Positions 1-11,982 of a stretch of 64,000 nt of DNA are shown in pieces. The stretch is from positions 3,224,001 to 3,288,000 of the forward strand of contig CM007992.1 of NCBI GenBank assembly GCA_002189035.1. Reading direction: 5' to 3'. Position numbers and translations under genes: made by a program. Position 1 is the first letter of the stretch; each line of letters begins with the position of its first letter. The notes under the pieces are model-generated. The model saw only the letters and a list, made by a program, of their open reading frames with translations, had not been told where the DNA came from and did no database searches. Origin of the DNA: Utricularia gibba (lineage: Eukaryota > Plantae > Magnoliophyta).

Positions 1-1515
1 CTGTTTGTTGCCCCAGATTGCTATGCTGCCTGCTACACTGTTTCCAGCAAACGCCAGACACACCTTGGATCTATCAACAACGTAGAGTGTTCCTGAAGCA
101 GGCAACTGGACAACAACGTTCCCCTTGAATGTGAAGGATACCTTGGGAACTTGTATGATTGTACTGCCTCCCACATCAAAGCAAGTGTCCAGTATGGAGA
201 AGGCAGGGGAAATCTTGTACCTTTGGCTCATCAGCCGCTTAAAAGCGGAGCTCAAGGCAGAGTAAGCATCTGGTGGGAGACGGGTGATGACCGTCCCAGA
301 ATCTATAATTGTCCCGGATGTACCGAAAACGCCTGGTTTGATGGATAATGGTATCCCACCTACGCTGATTCCTGTGATGGAGATGTAGTAAAATGATCTT
401 CCTTTGGAGGCATCAAATGGGGTGTACTGTACATTTCTTGAAGCCGCAGAGCTGCCGAAGGTTAAGTGCCCTGTTGAACTGGAAGTTGCAGGAAGACAAT
501 ATGAGAACACCTTCCCATATTTGGGGGCGGTCTGTGACACAAGGGATAAGCTGGATGGCCCGAGGCCTAGAAGCCCTGCTGTGGAACCAAACAATCCCTG
601 GTTGTTTTGGCCACAACCGAAGAGAAAGTTGTTGAACACATCACTTGATAGAGTCAGCTTATCCTTGGCGTAGAATCCTACAGTGAAAGATTGATCGCCG
701 TACACAACTCCATACAGGCAAGTTGCCTTAGAGCAGCCGGACGGAGATCCTGCAGAAGAGAGCTGAGCACACTGTGGAGAACCACAGGAGACGTTGGAGT
801 AAGAAGCTGAAGCAGAGGGATCAAAAAGGGGGTCCAGCTGCCGGTGACAAGATACCGAACAGGGTCGGCATTGAGTCCATGAGACATAGCTGCCGGTATC
901 GAAAATCACGGAGAGTGATCTCGTCGGTGTTCCCAATCCAATCGTCACAACGTAGTTGCCAGAGTTGTAAGAAGTGCCTGATCTAGCAGGCAGGGTCACC
1001 TTTTCATCCACTAGCTCGTTCTTTCCTTCTGATGACAGCTGCTTATGAATATACTTCACTCGTGACTCATCAGCAGAGAGAATTTGGCTTCGTGTTAGAG
1101 CTGAAGCATCTTTGTAACATGGACCATGGCGGTGAAGAACCTCCACTGTTGATTGTCTATTGATCGGAACTGATATCATATTTCATTCCATTAGTCAGCA
1201 TCGAACAAAGATGCAAACTTTAAGAGCAAAAAGCAACATAAAACATTAGAACTCGAAGCCTGATTGCAGGTTTCAATCATCAATAAGCATGATTCTTATA
1301 TGCAAAACTGCTGCAGAAATGTAAACATGCATACCAGTTGAGCGAGTACAGACAGAGGATGGCAAAAGAGAGCTGATTTCAACTGTATCGAACTGGGACT
1401 CCAAAATGGGCTCTCTCCCGTGTACAACATAGCCTTTTTGGCTACAAAAACATGAAAATAAAACCAGAAGAAGAAACAGGTAAGATGAGATCCAGGGAGA
1501 AGAGGAAGAAGCCAT
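1..1515 (-). CDS. Aspartyl protease, family A1, AED1/At5g10770-like; 3' end runs off the left edge
   Basis: Exon 1 (1515-1335) gives MASSSSPWISSYLFLLLVLFSCFCSQKG (signal peptide). GT-AG intron at 1334-1170. Exon 2 is open from 1169 to 1 and contains VLHRHGPC, GNYVVTIGLGTP, catalytic FDTGS and IDSGT, FGCGQNNQGLFG, FSYCLP and the C-terminal IWGN. Confidence 0.93.
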
Positions 1516-3144
1516 GAGTGAATGAATTTGGAGAAGGGTCACTCTCTGTATATATGCACAAAAGAGCACAAAAGATACCCATGACTTCACGCAATCTTCC
1601 TCCCAAGTTGGACTTTAAGTCCTTCATTTTCACTAGGCACAGCTTCTTCTATGGCTAGTTAAAAATGCCCGAATAGGAGGTATACTTCCATCTCTACAAC
1701 TCACTCTATGACTCTAGTTAAAGAATGAGATTTGACTCTTGTTTATCTCTCTAGGATTGCATACTGATTATCCCCCCCCCCCCCCTCCCGGTTATTTTAT
1801 GGTACGTCCACGGGACGTCGACAGTTTACTGAGAGTTCTTGACCATTTTCACCCCTTGAGACCTTAGCTTCTTTGTCATGCTTCACCATCAGATTTTTGA
1901 TGACTTCACAAAAGAACATCCTTTGCAAGTGTATTAGACATGGTCAAATTCTATTTTCAATCCATTAGACACGAAATACTGAGCATTTTCCCAACCCACA
2001 AGTGAACTTGACCTCATCAGACCTTTAAAGTTAATGGCACCAGACACGAATTTTTACATGTGAAGCCACAAGACGAGAAAACGTCAAACTGAAGAAGGCA
2101 GGTTGTGAGTTCTATCAGCTTATGTCATACGATTAAAAAACTGAAATTGATTATTATATTATTTGATTAAATTTAACATATCATAATCTTCAACCACTAT
2201 GTGAAAGGGGATGTAGGATCCACTATGACATTAATTGGATGTTAGGCTTAATTATTGGGGTAGATGGTACCCAACTACATGCCCACATTTTTAACTTAAG
2301 TAATCCTAATTTGCATTAATTATTTTGCATAGATGTCCTTTCCCCTATTTAATTATGTATTATTGCAAACATCTCGTTGCCAAACAAAGAAGAAGAAAGG
2401 AAAAATGAAAAATGAAGAAGAAGAGGATAAGTACCTCAAAGGGGTTCCAAACTCGTGGGGACCAACCAGCACCACCACCCATCCATGTTTGTGATTGCCA
2501 AGTTGAGTGTCTTGAAAGCGGCTTCCTACTTGTAATCACTAATCACTGCAAAAGACTCCTTCAGCAGCCCTCCACCCACTAATCATGTTGTGGGTGTGGC
2601 AATGAAGGCTAACAGGACGGTGATCAGTGGATCCAAGGCTACTGATGTGGTTCAGAATCACAGTTGAATTTGTGGGCTGGTTTTCACATAAGTGGCTTGG
2701 ACTTATTCGAGCAATCAACGAGTGGAAGAAATAATTGGCCTCCTCTCGTTTTCTTGCTTTTTTGATTGGTATTCAGCTGAAAACTTCGTAAAGCTAAAAA
2801 ACAAATAGAAGCGCGTCGATTCGTTGCGTATGAACCTAAGCCGCCGGTTCTGTTGATGAAAGCAGCTGCTAATCAGATGATAACCACATCTTCTTTTGGA
2901 GCCAACCGTTTTCTACCCGGCTTCTGGACTCCATCTGGCATCATAGTCTCTGTAGAATGAATGAGATTGAAAATCCTTTTCATGGTGTTTCCAGGTAATT
3001 GCACGATATGTACACATGTCGATAAATCTATAATGTAATCAAATGGGGTTGCGTGTTCGACTCACGTACCATGTGCACAGAACCAGAGTAGTTGTAGTGG
3101 TGCATCATCTGCCCTACCCACGTTGAAGAGAAAAGCTGAAGGTC

Positions 3145-5322
3145 TCAAGAAATTGAGCTACGCGACACGCGTTCTCCTTGTATGGTTTCATCAGCAAAGC
3201 CATTCCAATATCCATGGAAAAGGACCTGATGATCATCAGGTGGCATATTTAAAGCAGCCAGATGTTCAGGAACTTTTGTTTCGAGAGTCAGGTCTCTGAG
3301 TGCTTGGTATATTTCTAAGCAGTTTGGATGAGAGCGATCCTCCGCATTGAAAGCATGCACCTTGTTGTGCAGTTCAATCCAGCTCCAACCTGGTACCTTT
3401 TTTATTCCTTCCTGCCTCATCAGCCGTTTCACGTTTGCCTTTGCGTCCCACCTCTTTAGGTTGCCGTACATATCAGACAGAAGAACATAAGTGCAATGAT
3501 CTCCAGGATCAAGTTGAAGGATGTGGGTAGCAACTTCAGTTGCAGTTTCGATGTCACCACAAGCCCTGCAAGAACCTAATAATGTTTTCCACACCATTAC
3601 ATCAGGTTGAAATGGCATTTCTCTGATGAGCTCCTTTGCTTCATCCAAACGTCCTGCTCTGCCGAGCAAGTCAATGGTACATGCATAATTCTCCATCCGG
3701 GGTGGAACTCCGTATTGAGTTTCCATTGATCTAAAAAAACGAAGACCTTCATCAACAAGCCCTATGTGACTGCATGCATTGATAACTGCAACAAAGGTGA
3801 TGTGATCTATGTTGACACCTCGCTTTGTCATTAGGTTGAAGATATCAAGAGCAACAGTGCCTTGCCCGTGCTGTGCATAAGCAAAAATAATGGAGTTCCA
3901 TGTAACAGAGCTCTCATCATGAGATGCCTCAAAGGATTTCCATGAATCCTCTACCATACCACATTTTGAGTACATGAATATCAAAGCACTGGCTATGTAC
4001 TCACTTTGTTCCAAGCATGACTTAATGACTAACGAATGAATCTGCCGGCCCAACTGGAGTGTGGCTAAATCTGAGCATGATCTTAAAACTGCCGCAAAGG
4101 CATATTGATCAATCACAGCACAATAAAGAAGCATATGCTGGAAGACCACCAATGCATCTTCACTCAGTCCATTCTGTGACAAGCCATTTAGAATTGTATT
4201 CCATGAAATGCGGTCCTTGAAGTGAGTACCATGGAACACTCTGCATGCATCTTCCACAGATTGGCTGGTCGATTTCAAGTACATGTGCATCAAAGAATTA
4301 GCTATTGGAGTTCTGTGTTCAAATCCCCTCTTAATCAATAAACCATGCATAGATTTTCCAAATCTCACCTGCACATCACCTATGCAAGGGCTTAATATGC
4401 TGCAATACGTATAATCATCCATGTGCACTCCTACTCCCATCATCTCAAGAAAAATTCTGAATCCGTGCTCCTGCAGATTAGATTCCATGAAAGCCGCTAA
4501 CATTGAGTTCCATGTCACTATATCACGGTAACCATCAGCAAAAGCAAACACCTTCATTGAGTCTTCGATGCATTCACAATCTGCATATGCAGTAATTGAG
4601 GCATTAAGCACAGTACTCTCATGCTCCAGACCATGCTTTGTTATTTTCCCATGAAGCTGCCTCATCAAATCATACTGCTGGGAACGAACATTCAGAGTCA
4701 GAAGTTGTGCAAACGTTGCATCATCAACTCTCACTCCCTCCTTCTCCATAGAAATAAAGAGGTCCATGCAACGTTTCGCATCCCCAACTCCGACATACGC
4801 TCCAATCAAAGCATTCCAAGACACCGAATTTCGCTCCGTCATATGCATAAACACCTTATATGCATACTCAACCCTGCAGTACTTGGCATACATGTCCAGA
4901 AGTGCACTAGCAGCATACACATTATCAGCCAACCCCATCTTCACAACATCCGAATGGACTTGTTGGCCACAAAGTAGGGTACCCCCGTTCGCTATACCCT
5001 TGAGGATGCTTCCAAATGTATAGGCATCAAACGAAAAATCGAGTCCCTTCATACATCTCAACACCTCCCATGCATTTAGAAAGCTACCCAGCCTCACGTA
5101 CCCTGATATAATTGTGTTCCAAGAGACAGTGTCCCTGTGAGGCATTTCGTCGAACAGCTTCAGCGCACTGCCCAAATGACCACATTCCAAGTAGCACCGT
5201 GTGAGGTTGTTGGAGGCGTATGGATCTGCGGTAAGCGACAACTTAATTGCTTCACAATGTGCAACTTCAACTCTCCACAGCGGCCAACATCCTTTCCCAA
5301 CAAAGCTGTGCAATACCCTCAT
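3145..5322 (-). CDS. PLS/E-class pentatricopeptide repeat protein, At3g25970-like
   Basis: Intronless 725-aa ORF with PLS-type repeats (DTVSWNTIISGY, NSVSWNALIGAY) and E/E+ motifs (VWKTLLGSCR, YVLLSDMYG, KKVPGWSWIE); no DYW domain. Confidence 0.92.
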   Translation of the reverse strand: MRVLHSFVGKGCWPLWRVEVAHCEAIKLSLTADPYASNNLTRCYLECGHLGSALKLFDEMPHRDTVSWNTIISGYVRLGSFLNAWEVLRCMKGLDFSFDAYTFGSILKGIANGGTLLCGQQVHSDVVKMGLADNVYAASALLDMYAKYCRVEYAYKVFMHMTERNSVSWNALIGAYVGVGDAKRCMDLFISMEKEGVRVDDATFAQLLTLNVRSQQYDLMRQLHGKITKHGLEHESTVLNASITAYADCECIEDSMKVFAFADGYRDIVTWNSMLAAFMESNLQEHGFRIFLEMMGVGVHMDDYTYCSILSPCIGDVQVRFGKSMHGLLIKRGFEHRTPIANSLMHMYLKSTSQSVEDACRVFHGTHFKDRISWNTILNGLSQNGLSEDALVVFQHMLLYCAVIDQYAFAAVLRSCSDLATLQLGRQIHSLVIKSCLEQSEYIASALIFMYSKCGMVEDSWKSFEASHDESSVTWNSIIFAYAQHGQGTVALDIFNLMTKRGVNIDHITFVAVINACSHIGLVDEGLRFFRSMETQYGVPPRMENYACTIDLLGRAGRLDEAKELIREMPFQPDVMVWKTLLGSCRACGDIETATEVATHILQLDPGDHCTYVLLSDMYGNLKRWDAKANVKRLMRQEGIKKVPGWSWIELHNKVHAFNAEDRSHPNCLEIYQALRDLTLETKVPEHLAALNMPPDDHQVLFHGYWNGFADETIQGERVSRSSIS

Positions 5323-5768
5323 TCATGACCACCCCAAGCAGTGACAGAGTATTGCAATCTTGTTACTACTTTGCGAGCTCCTCGGTGGACTGTTTCATCA
5401 CATGCATAGCCATGAATTTCAATATAAAAATTAATAATTCTACAAAACATTATTGATATGTCATTTTTAAAATACTTTCTATTTTGATAAGTTATCCTAC
5501 GTCTATAAACATACATATGTGATAAATCTATTTTTTCATTACACGTATAATTTATAAAATATTTATTTTATTTTATGTCAAAAATAAATTATAAGTTTAC
5601 ATAATATGTATATAAGTTAATTATATACAACATCTTTATTTAAAGTAAATAATTCAAATATATCATTAATTAAAATTACATCAAAAACCTAATTATGCAT
5701 TTTCTAGTATAACAAAATAAGCCAAAATCAAAATTCTATGTAAACCAAAACCCCGAAGCCACACGACT

Positions 5769-6841
5769 TCAAAAATCCCACAGCACTTCTTCATCAAGAA
5801 GCTGATCCTCAGTTTCTTGATTTGCGGTATCTTCCTCAGGTCTCTGCGTCTCCACAGGACAATCCCCCTGAAACATAACAGAGGTTTAGGAAAAGTAGAG
5901 TCTTGTTGCTGAAGAAGCAACAGCAGTAGCTTCTTCATGAGGAAAGGAATGGAGGTTTGTAGTAAGCACACTCACTAGCTCCTCCGTCAAGAGTTTCAAT
6001 GCATCACGATTAATCAGCGAGCGTTGTCCCTGGGGACAAAAATGTACGTTTTCAGAATGCACATTCAAGCAGAGGAAGAGAGTGGACTAGAAGGAGGGCA
6101 AGCAAGAAATCCTGATGCCTAAATGGGGAAGATATCATTGCTTTTTCAACAGGCAAAGCTGATGTCTTTTACCTCTGATTCTGCATTCTTCTTGGAAGAA
6201 CCTCGGCTCAAGGGGACGCTTTTCTTGGAATTGGATGTTGTTTTCCGCTTCTTGACCTGATTGTAAGTTCAAAAAGGTGAGAAGTAATTAGTCATTGAAG
6301 GGTAGTTCAATCACTAGAATATTCAACCATACAAAAAATGTATGCAGTATAAACCAGGAATCATAAGAATGAAAGGAGAAGTGTGAGCAGAGTCAAAGAG
6401 GGTAAAGGACAAGTACTTGGGCAGTTTTTCTATTCAGTGCTTTCCACAAAATCTCTTTCAGTTGGATCTCTTCCTTGGAGTTGAGGTACTTATCAACCTA
6501 AGAAGCATGACCACAAATCCAATTGGGGTCACTAATAAATCAAAGCAAAGTAACCGCATAAACAACAGGCGCAAAAATTCCAGCAGACTTATGCCAAGTG
6601 AAGCAATTACAACGAGAAAGTTCAAATTCAAATTTTAAATGCAAGCATTACTTCAATTGTCTGAAACACACACCTCTGCATCAAGAATGTCTGATAAGCT
6701 GTCAGGATTCCTCCTCTTCTTTCCTTTGTCACTCAGTTTATGATGTATAATCTCGGATGGAGTAGGATTACCTCCATCAAACCCCCTGCACAGGGACTTT
6801 CCAATCAACATCTGACACAACGAATTCAATAATCCATTCAT
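5769..6841 (-). CDS. Small protein containing only the Brf1 (TFIIIB) C-terminal TBP-binding domain
   Basis: Spliced exons give SLSDILDAE|VDKYLNSKEEIQLKEILWKALNRKTAQ|VKKRKTTSNSKK...|GQRSLINRDALKLLTEEL|GDCPVETQRPEEDTANQETEDQLLDEEVLWDF*. These match the Brf1 blocks SDIDDxEvdxYLxxEEExxxKxxiWxxxN and SSKINYDaLxxL. The start codon is uncertain. Confidence 0.7.
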
Positions 6842-9352
6842 TCATTCATATTCATTCTGAAAAAAACGGTTAAATTACCCTGAGACTCTTCCCTTCGTAT
6901 CTCAGAGCACTCGCTTCTTGACCTGCAAACATCAAAACTACACAGAACATGGAATCAGACGACGACACAAATTGAAAGCATAATATCGAAGAATCACCAG
7001 GGTATCCTTCAAAACTGAAAATGTATCGAACGAGATTATCAAAAGACGCTTCAAATCGATTGTCGTCCAGCAGAAAAAAAAAAAAAAAAAGAAAACATAA
7101 ACTTACTCAAGATTTGCGTCGGAAAAACGACGCACCGTCATCGCCGATGTGTCCGGGTTCTAATTTCAAGTACGAGAGGCGGTTCTCTCCGACTACCACA
7201 TAGGTCTTGAAGCTTTTATATACATTGTTTTAATTACGTCATCATTATTTTATCTATTTTAATCCAAAATAATTTTATCTTTTATGTATAAAATTGTGGA
7301 ATTATTTTTCATATGATAAGGTGATGCTCTGATATCAAATATAACAATCAATATTCTTCTTGTACAATATTCTATGTTTCGAATATGCAAATCTTATAAT
7401 TTTTAAGTTTTATCATTTCGAAAAAAAAACCTTATATAAAATTTTAAAAATAACTCCATTTAAATACGTCTATTTCCTCATTTATAGCCAATCTAAAAAT
7501 AATGAAAACTTATAATTTTCAAAAAATGATCAAATTCTTCAACCCCTATCAATCATTACACAATAATAGGACCAAAATCCTAAAATTTTAGAGATATTTT
7601 AATCTTTAAAAAAAATCTAATATTTGACAGGAATAATCCAATATAAGAAGAGTATAGACTTGTCAATTATGTCAATAATTTAAATTTCAGAAATATTTTA
7701 TTTTAAAAAAACCGAAATCTAAAATTTTTTAGGAGTAGGTTAACTAATATACGATAGATTTTCCAATTACGTCCATAATCAAAAAAATGTTGGAATATTT
7801 CCTTTTTAAAAAATTAAAATCCAAATTTTTTCGAAATTTTATGGAAATTTGAAAAATTACAACCAACTAAACAATGACGGAGTTGGTCAAGGTAGCTTAC
7901 GCAAATAATTTATATTAGTTGTCTAAATGTCATAATTAGTTTATAATAAATAATATTTTAATCTTCAATGTTTGGAAACCCTTCATAATTGATTTCCACT
8001 GTTTCAAAGTCGAGTAAAAATAATCTCTATTATTTACACAAACGGCATAATTGATCCTCAATTTCAAACCCTAATTTTTTCCTAATTCAATTTTAATATT
8101 ACCATCCACTTGCGCCGGTGCCGTCGACCGTCTTCCGTTGCTCATTGCCTGCGTTCGTGCCAACACCCATCGCCCATTGAGCGCCAAGCGGCAAGTGCGG
8201 GCGTCGGTGATTTTATCAAATTATGAAATAATGGAAATCAAATATATTTTGATTTTTAAATATTGTAAATCAATTATAAGTGATATTTAAAATATAAAGA
8301 TAAAAACGATTGAAATAAAAAAGATTGAAAACTAAGTATACTCGATACCTCAAATTGTTGAAATTAAATATGTTTGGTGCATCAAAATGTAAAGATTAAA
8401 TATGATCAATACATCAAAGTGTGGGGAGTGAAGAAGTGTTCTTAAAAATTTTGTAAGCTATTTTTTATTTTTTAAAAAAATAAAAAAACCGTAAAAATAA
8501 AATATCACTTATAATAGATTGTAATTGTTTTATAAAATCGTAAAAATAAAATATAAAAAACAAAAATAAGATGTAAAAATATATTATTGCTTATTTTTCC
8601 AAAAATAATTTATGTAATGTAATTTTAAAAATATTTTTAATAAAATTATTTTTACAATTGATAATATTTTTGAATAAAATTATCTTTATTTTTTAAAAAT
8701 AGAAATAAATTTCAAAATTTTTCTAAAATAATATTTAAATATGTCAATAAAGACTAATTATGTTATCTTTGCAGTATTTGCTGATGTATGCGATTCAGTT
8801 GGAGAGTTGGTTGTGAGGTTCCAACAAGTAGAACTGTACGGCAACTTGAAGCCATTAGACTCAGCCCCTCATGGATGGAATACATCACTTAGGCGAGGCC
8901 CCAGACTACGCAGTTAGCGTGGTGCGGCTGCTCCTCTTCCCCAAGGCGAAAAACTGGAGTAAAAACTGGTGCAAGGTGGATTTTTTTTTCCCTTTTTCAG
9001 AAATCTAGACTCCAGTGAAGAATGTCGTGAACTCAAGTCTTTTTACAGCTGATCTGCAACAGTAATTTGTCGGAATTATGAGAAGCACCCTACAAATTTG
9101 AAGAAAGCGGTGATACTGTCTACGGAATCTGGAAATCCGCGCAACGGCTGATTCTTTTGCCCACAACCTACATGCCATTTTCCTTTCCCGGTTCCATCCG
9201 TTTCACGGCAACTGTTCAATAATTCCCGCAAAACCAAAACCAGCATTTAAAGCACTGCATAGTTTAAAGCCTCAAATTTGCACGTTCGTCTCACACGCAA
9301 ATGCTGTGCCCTCTTCTTTGATTCATTTAAGTCGAAGTTCCTTCTTTTAATG

Positions 9353-11555
9353 ATGGGTTGGAGGTATAAAGCTGGTTTGGGGATGATTGGAGCTTTTGTC
9401 TTCGTATGGGTCGCTGCTGCTGAAGTTACTCAGGTGGGTTTTTCTTGAAATGAACTGAAACATGGTTCCTGAAAGTTTTAGTGATATGGGTTGCTTCCAA
9501 GTCTGAATTTTGGAGAAACTAGATGTGGTTTAGTGCCTTTTTGCAGAAACTTACTGTTTTTGTTTTTGCAGAAAATTTTTGTAGAGTACAGACAGCCTTT
9601 TGTTCTCACGTATCTGTGGATCTCTCTGATGGTGGTGTATCTCCCAATAGCAATATGCAGAGATTTTGTGTACAAGTTACTAGAGAAGTGTTGCGCCAGA
9701 AAGATTCTGAATTTGAGTTGGATGAAATGCTACGAAGCACAGGATCCTTCAGAAGCACTTTTGAGAGTCTACTCCATCAAAGATCCAGATTTGCATCAAA
9801 TAGAAGCTGGACGATCATTCCTGCTGAAGAAAGGAGAGAAATCACATGGACTAGGCTCTTGGGACGTTGTCAAATGCAGCCTTTGTCTGGCCCCTGTCTG
9901 GTTCATGACTGAGGTAGTTAACCAGCATCAGATCCTCCATTGTTGTCGCTTTTATCAGCTTCCTAGCCAACGTTGCTGCAAATTTCTGCAGTACTTTTCA
10001 AGCTCTGCCCTGGCGTTCACTAGTGTGGCCAGCACAACGGTGCTAACTTCCACCTCCGGTCTCTTTGCGCTTGCTTTTGGAGCCATCTTGGGACAGGACT
10101 CAATAAACATCGCCAAATTGTCAGCAGTCGTCATCACTGTGGTCGGAGTTGCAATGACCAGCGTTGGTAAAACTTGGGCCTCAGATGAGTCTCTTTGTGG
10201 GGGAGAGTAAGCATTCAGACCACTCTCGTTTTTGCACTTGATTTGTGCTCACTCGCACTAATCAGACAAGATTCAAACTCTCTTTTCCAGAACCGTAAAG
10301 CATTCTGTAATGGGAGACATCTTCGGTCTGCTCTCTGCAGTTTTCTACGGCTTGTATACAGGTAATGATCTCTTATCTTCTCCGACGCTCGATCAAACTG
10401 GGAAGCGTAATGCAGACGTCCCCATTGCAGTGCTTCTGAAGCGATACGCCGCATCCGGAGGAGAGCGAGTGGACATACAGAAGTGCTTCGGCTACATTGG
10501 ACTCTTCACCCTCGCCGGCTTCTGGTGGCTTGGTAAGAAACCATCCTTTCCACTCTGCTTGTGTTTAAATTAAAAACTCAATGGAGAACAATTATACACT
10601 TAAATTTCAAGTACATAGATTATATTAAAAAAAATTAGTTTCAATCAATTAATATTGATTCACACTATTTCAATTTCATTTATTAATGTATAATTTTTTG
10701 TTCTAATACTTGACCTCAAGTCAAATTGGTTTTTTATTTAATTAAAATTTGTTTTTTTTTTGTATGATGATAGCTAATACTCAAATTATAAATTAATCTA
10801 ATTTTTATTGCTTAAATTCAATAGATCGTGTTAATCTAATGCATGAAACTTATCTTAGTCATCCAAACTATATAGTAAGACAAATTTTATTATATCATAT
10901 TGAAATTAAGAATATTCGATAGAAAACAAATATTTAAGTACATAAAAAAACATAAATTATATTATAAAGTATTAAGTTCAATTGATTACTAATAATACAT
11001 AATATATTATATATTTATTATTTTATTTTCATCTAAAATTGTTTATTCTGATAGTTTTTTTTCATGTAACTCAAGTTGTTTCGATTCATGGCAGCTTGGC
11101 CACTTACTTTCGTCGGGATTGAGCCTCAGTTGAAGCTCCCAGGCTCATCATCAGTTGCAGAAGCCATCTTCTTCAATGGCCTCGTCGGAAGCGTCCTCTC
11201 CGACTACCTCTGGTACGCACCTGCACTGCATCTCTCTCAATAATTCAACAACACCATCAGCATCGCACTCCACGCCGGCGGTGATGAACAGGGCTCTTGC
11301 GGTTGTCTGGACGACTCCCCTGGTGGCGACTCTGGGCATGTCATTAACGATCCCGGTAGCCATGGCGGCCGACATGTTCCTGCACGGCCGGCGCTACTCC
11401 TCCGTCTACATCGTCGGCGCGGTTCAGGCGAGTATTGCAGTTACTTGTCTGAGTGTTAGCACTCGTTTGGGTCTGTTCTGAACTGGTTTTGCTGCGTTCA
11501 GGTGTTCGCGGGCTTCATCATTGCCAATGTCTCGGACAAGATTTCTATTGTCTGA
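9353..11555 (+). CDS. DMT/EamA-fold transporter, THI74/YML018C (SLC35F)-like
   Basis: Spliced MGWRYKAGLGMIGAFVFVWVAAAEVTQ|KIFVEYRQPFVLTYL...YFSSSALAFTSVASTTVLTSTSGLF...VWTTPLVATLGMSLTIPVAM...|VFAGFIIANVSDKISIV*. All junctions are in frame; the last intron is GC-AG (11428-11501). Confidence 0.88.
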
Positions 11556-11945
11556 AATGACATAAATGGCTGTAGAATAATTGGTACTTAGTATCCACAA
11601 AAAAATTCATAAATAGTTAGTAGACATTTACCCTGGTTAAACCCATTGTTTTTTTTAGTCTTTTTACTATAGTTGAAAATACAACTAATTAAATTATGAT
11701 TAGATTATTATTTTTTATTCTATTTTAAAAGAGTTTTAATATAAGTTATATTTGAAAAAATCATTCTAAAATTTATTTTAACAAAATTGAAAATAATTAT
11801 TATACAATGAATTCATAATTTTTTACTGTAGTAAAATTTATTTGAAAAGAGTTGATATATATTTTTAAATATTTTTTAAAATGATTATTATACAATTAAT
11901 TAATTTTTAAAAATATAAAAATAATAAATTGATTTTAATAAATAA

Positions 11946-11951
<6 letters not shown>

Positions 11952-11980
<29 letters not shown>
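11952..11980. repeat. (TA)n microsatellite
   Basis: Uninterrupted TA run read directly. Confidence 0.95.

Positions 11981-11982
<2 letters not shown>

Noticed and set aside
2412-2582. 56-codon Cys-containing ORF faintly like a GRF zinc-finger transposon remnant
   Set aside because: The diagnostic GRxF and Cys spacing is not recoverable, and the similarity is too weak to call.
8100-8215. GC-rich core in AT-rich flanks (similar one at about 12750-12870), suggestive of MULE-type elements
   Set aside because: I could not define matching TIRs or target-site duplications.
8775-8920. GC-richer stretch with an acceptor-like tttgcag and an open frame (FADVCDSVGELVVRFQQ...)
   Set aside because: No start codon, upstream exon or recognisable motif; it could be promoter or UTR of the transporter gene.
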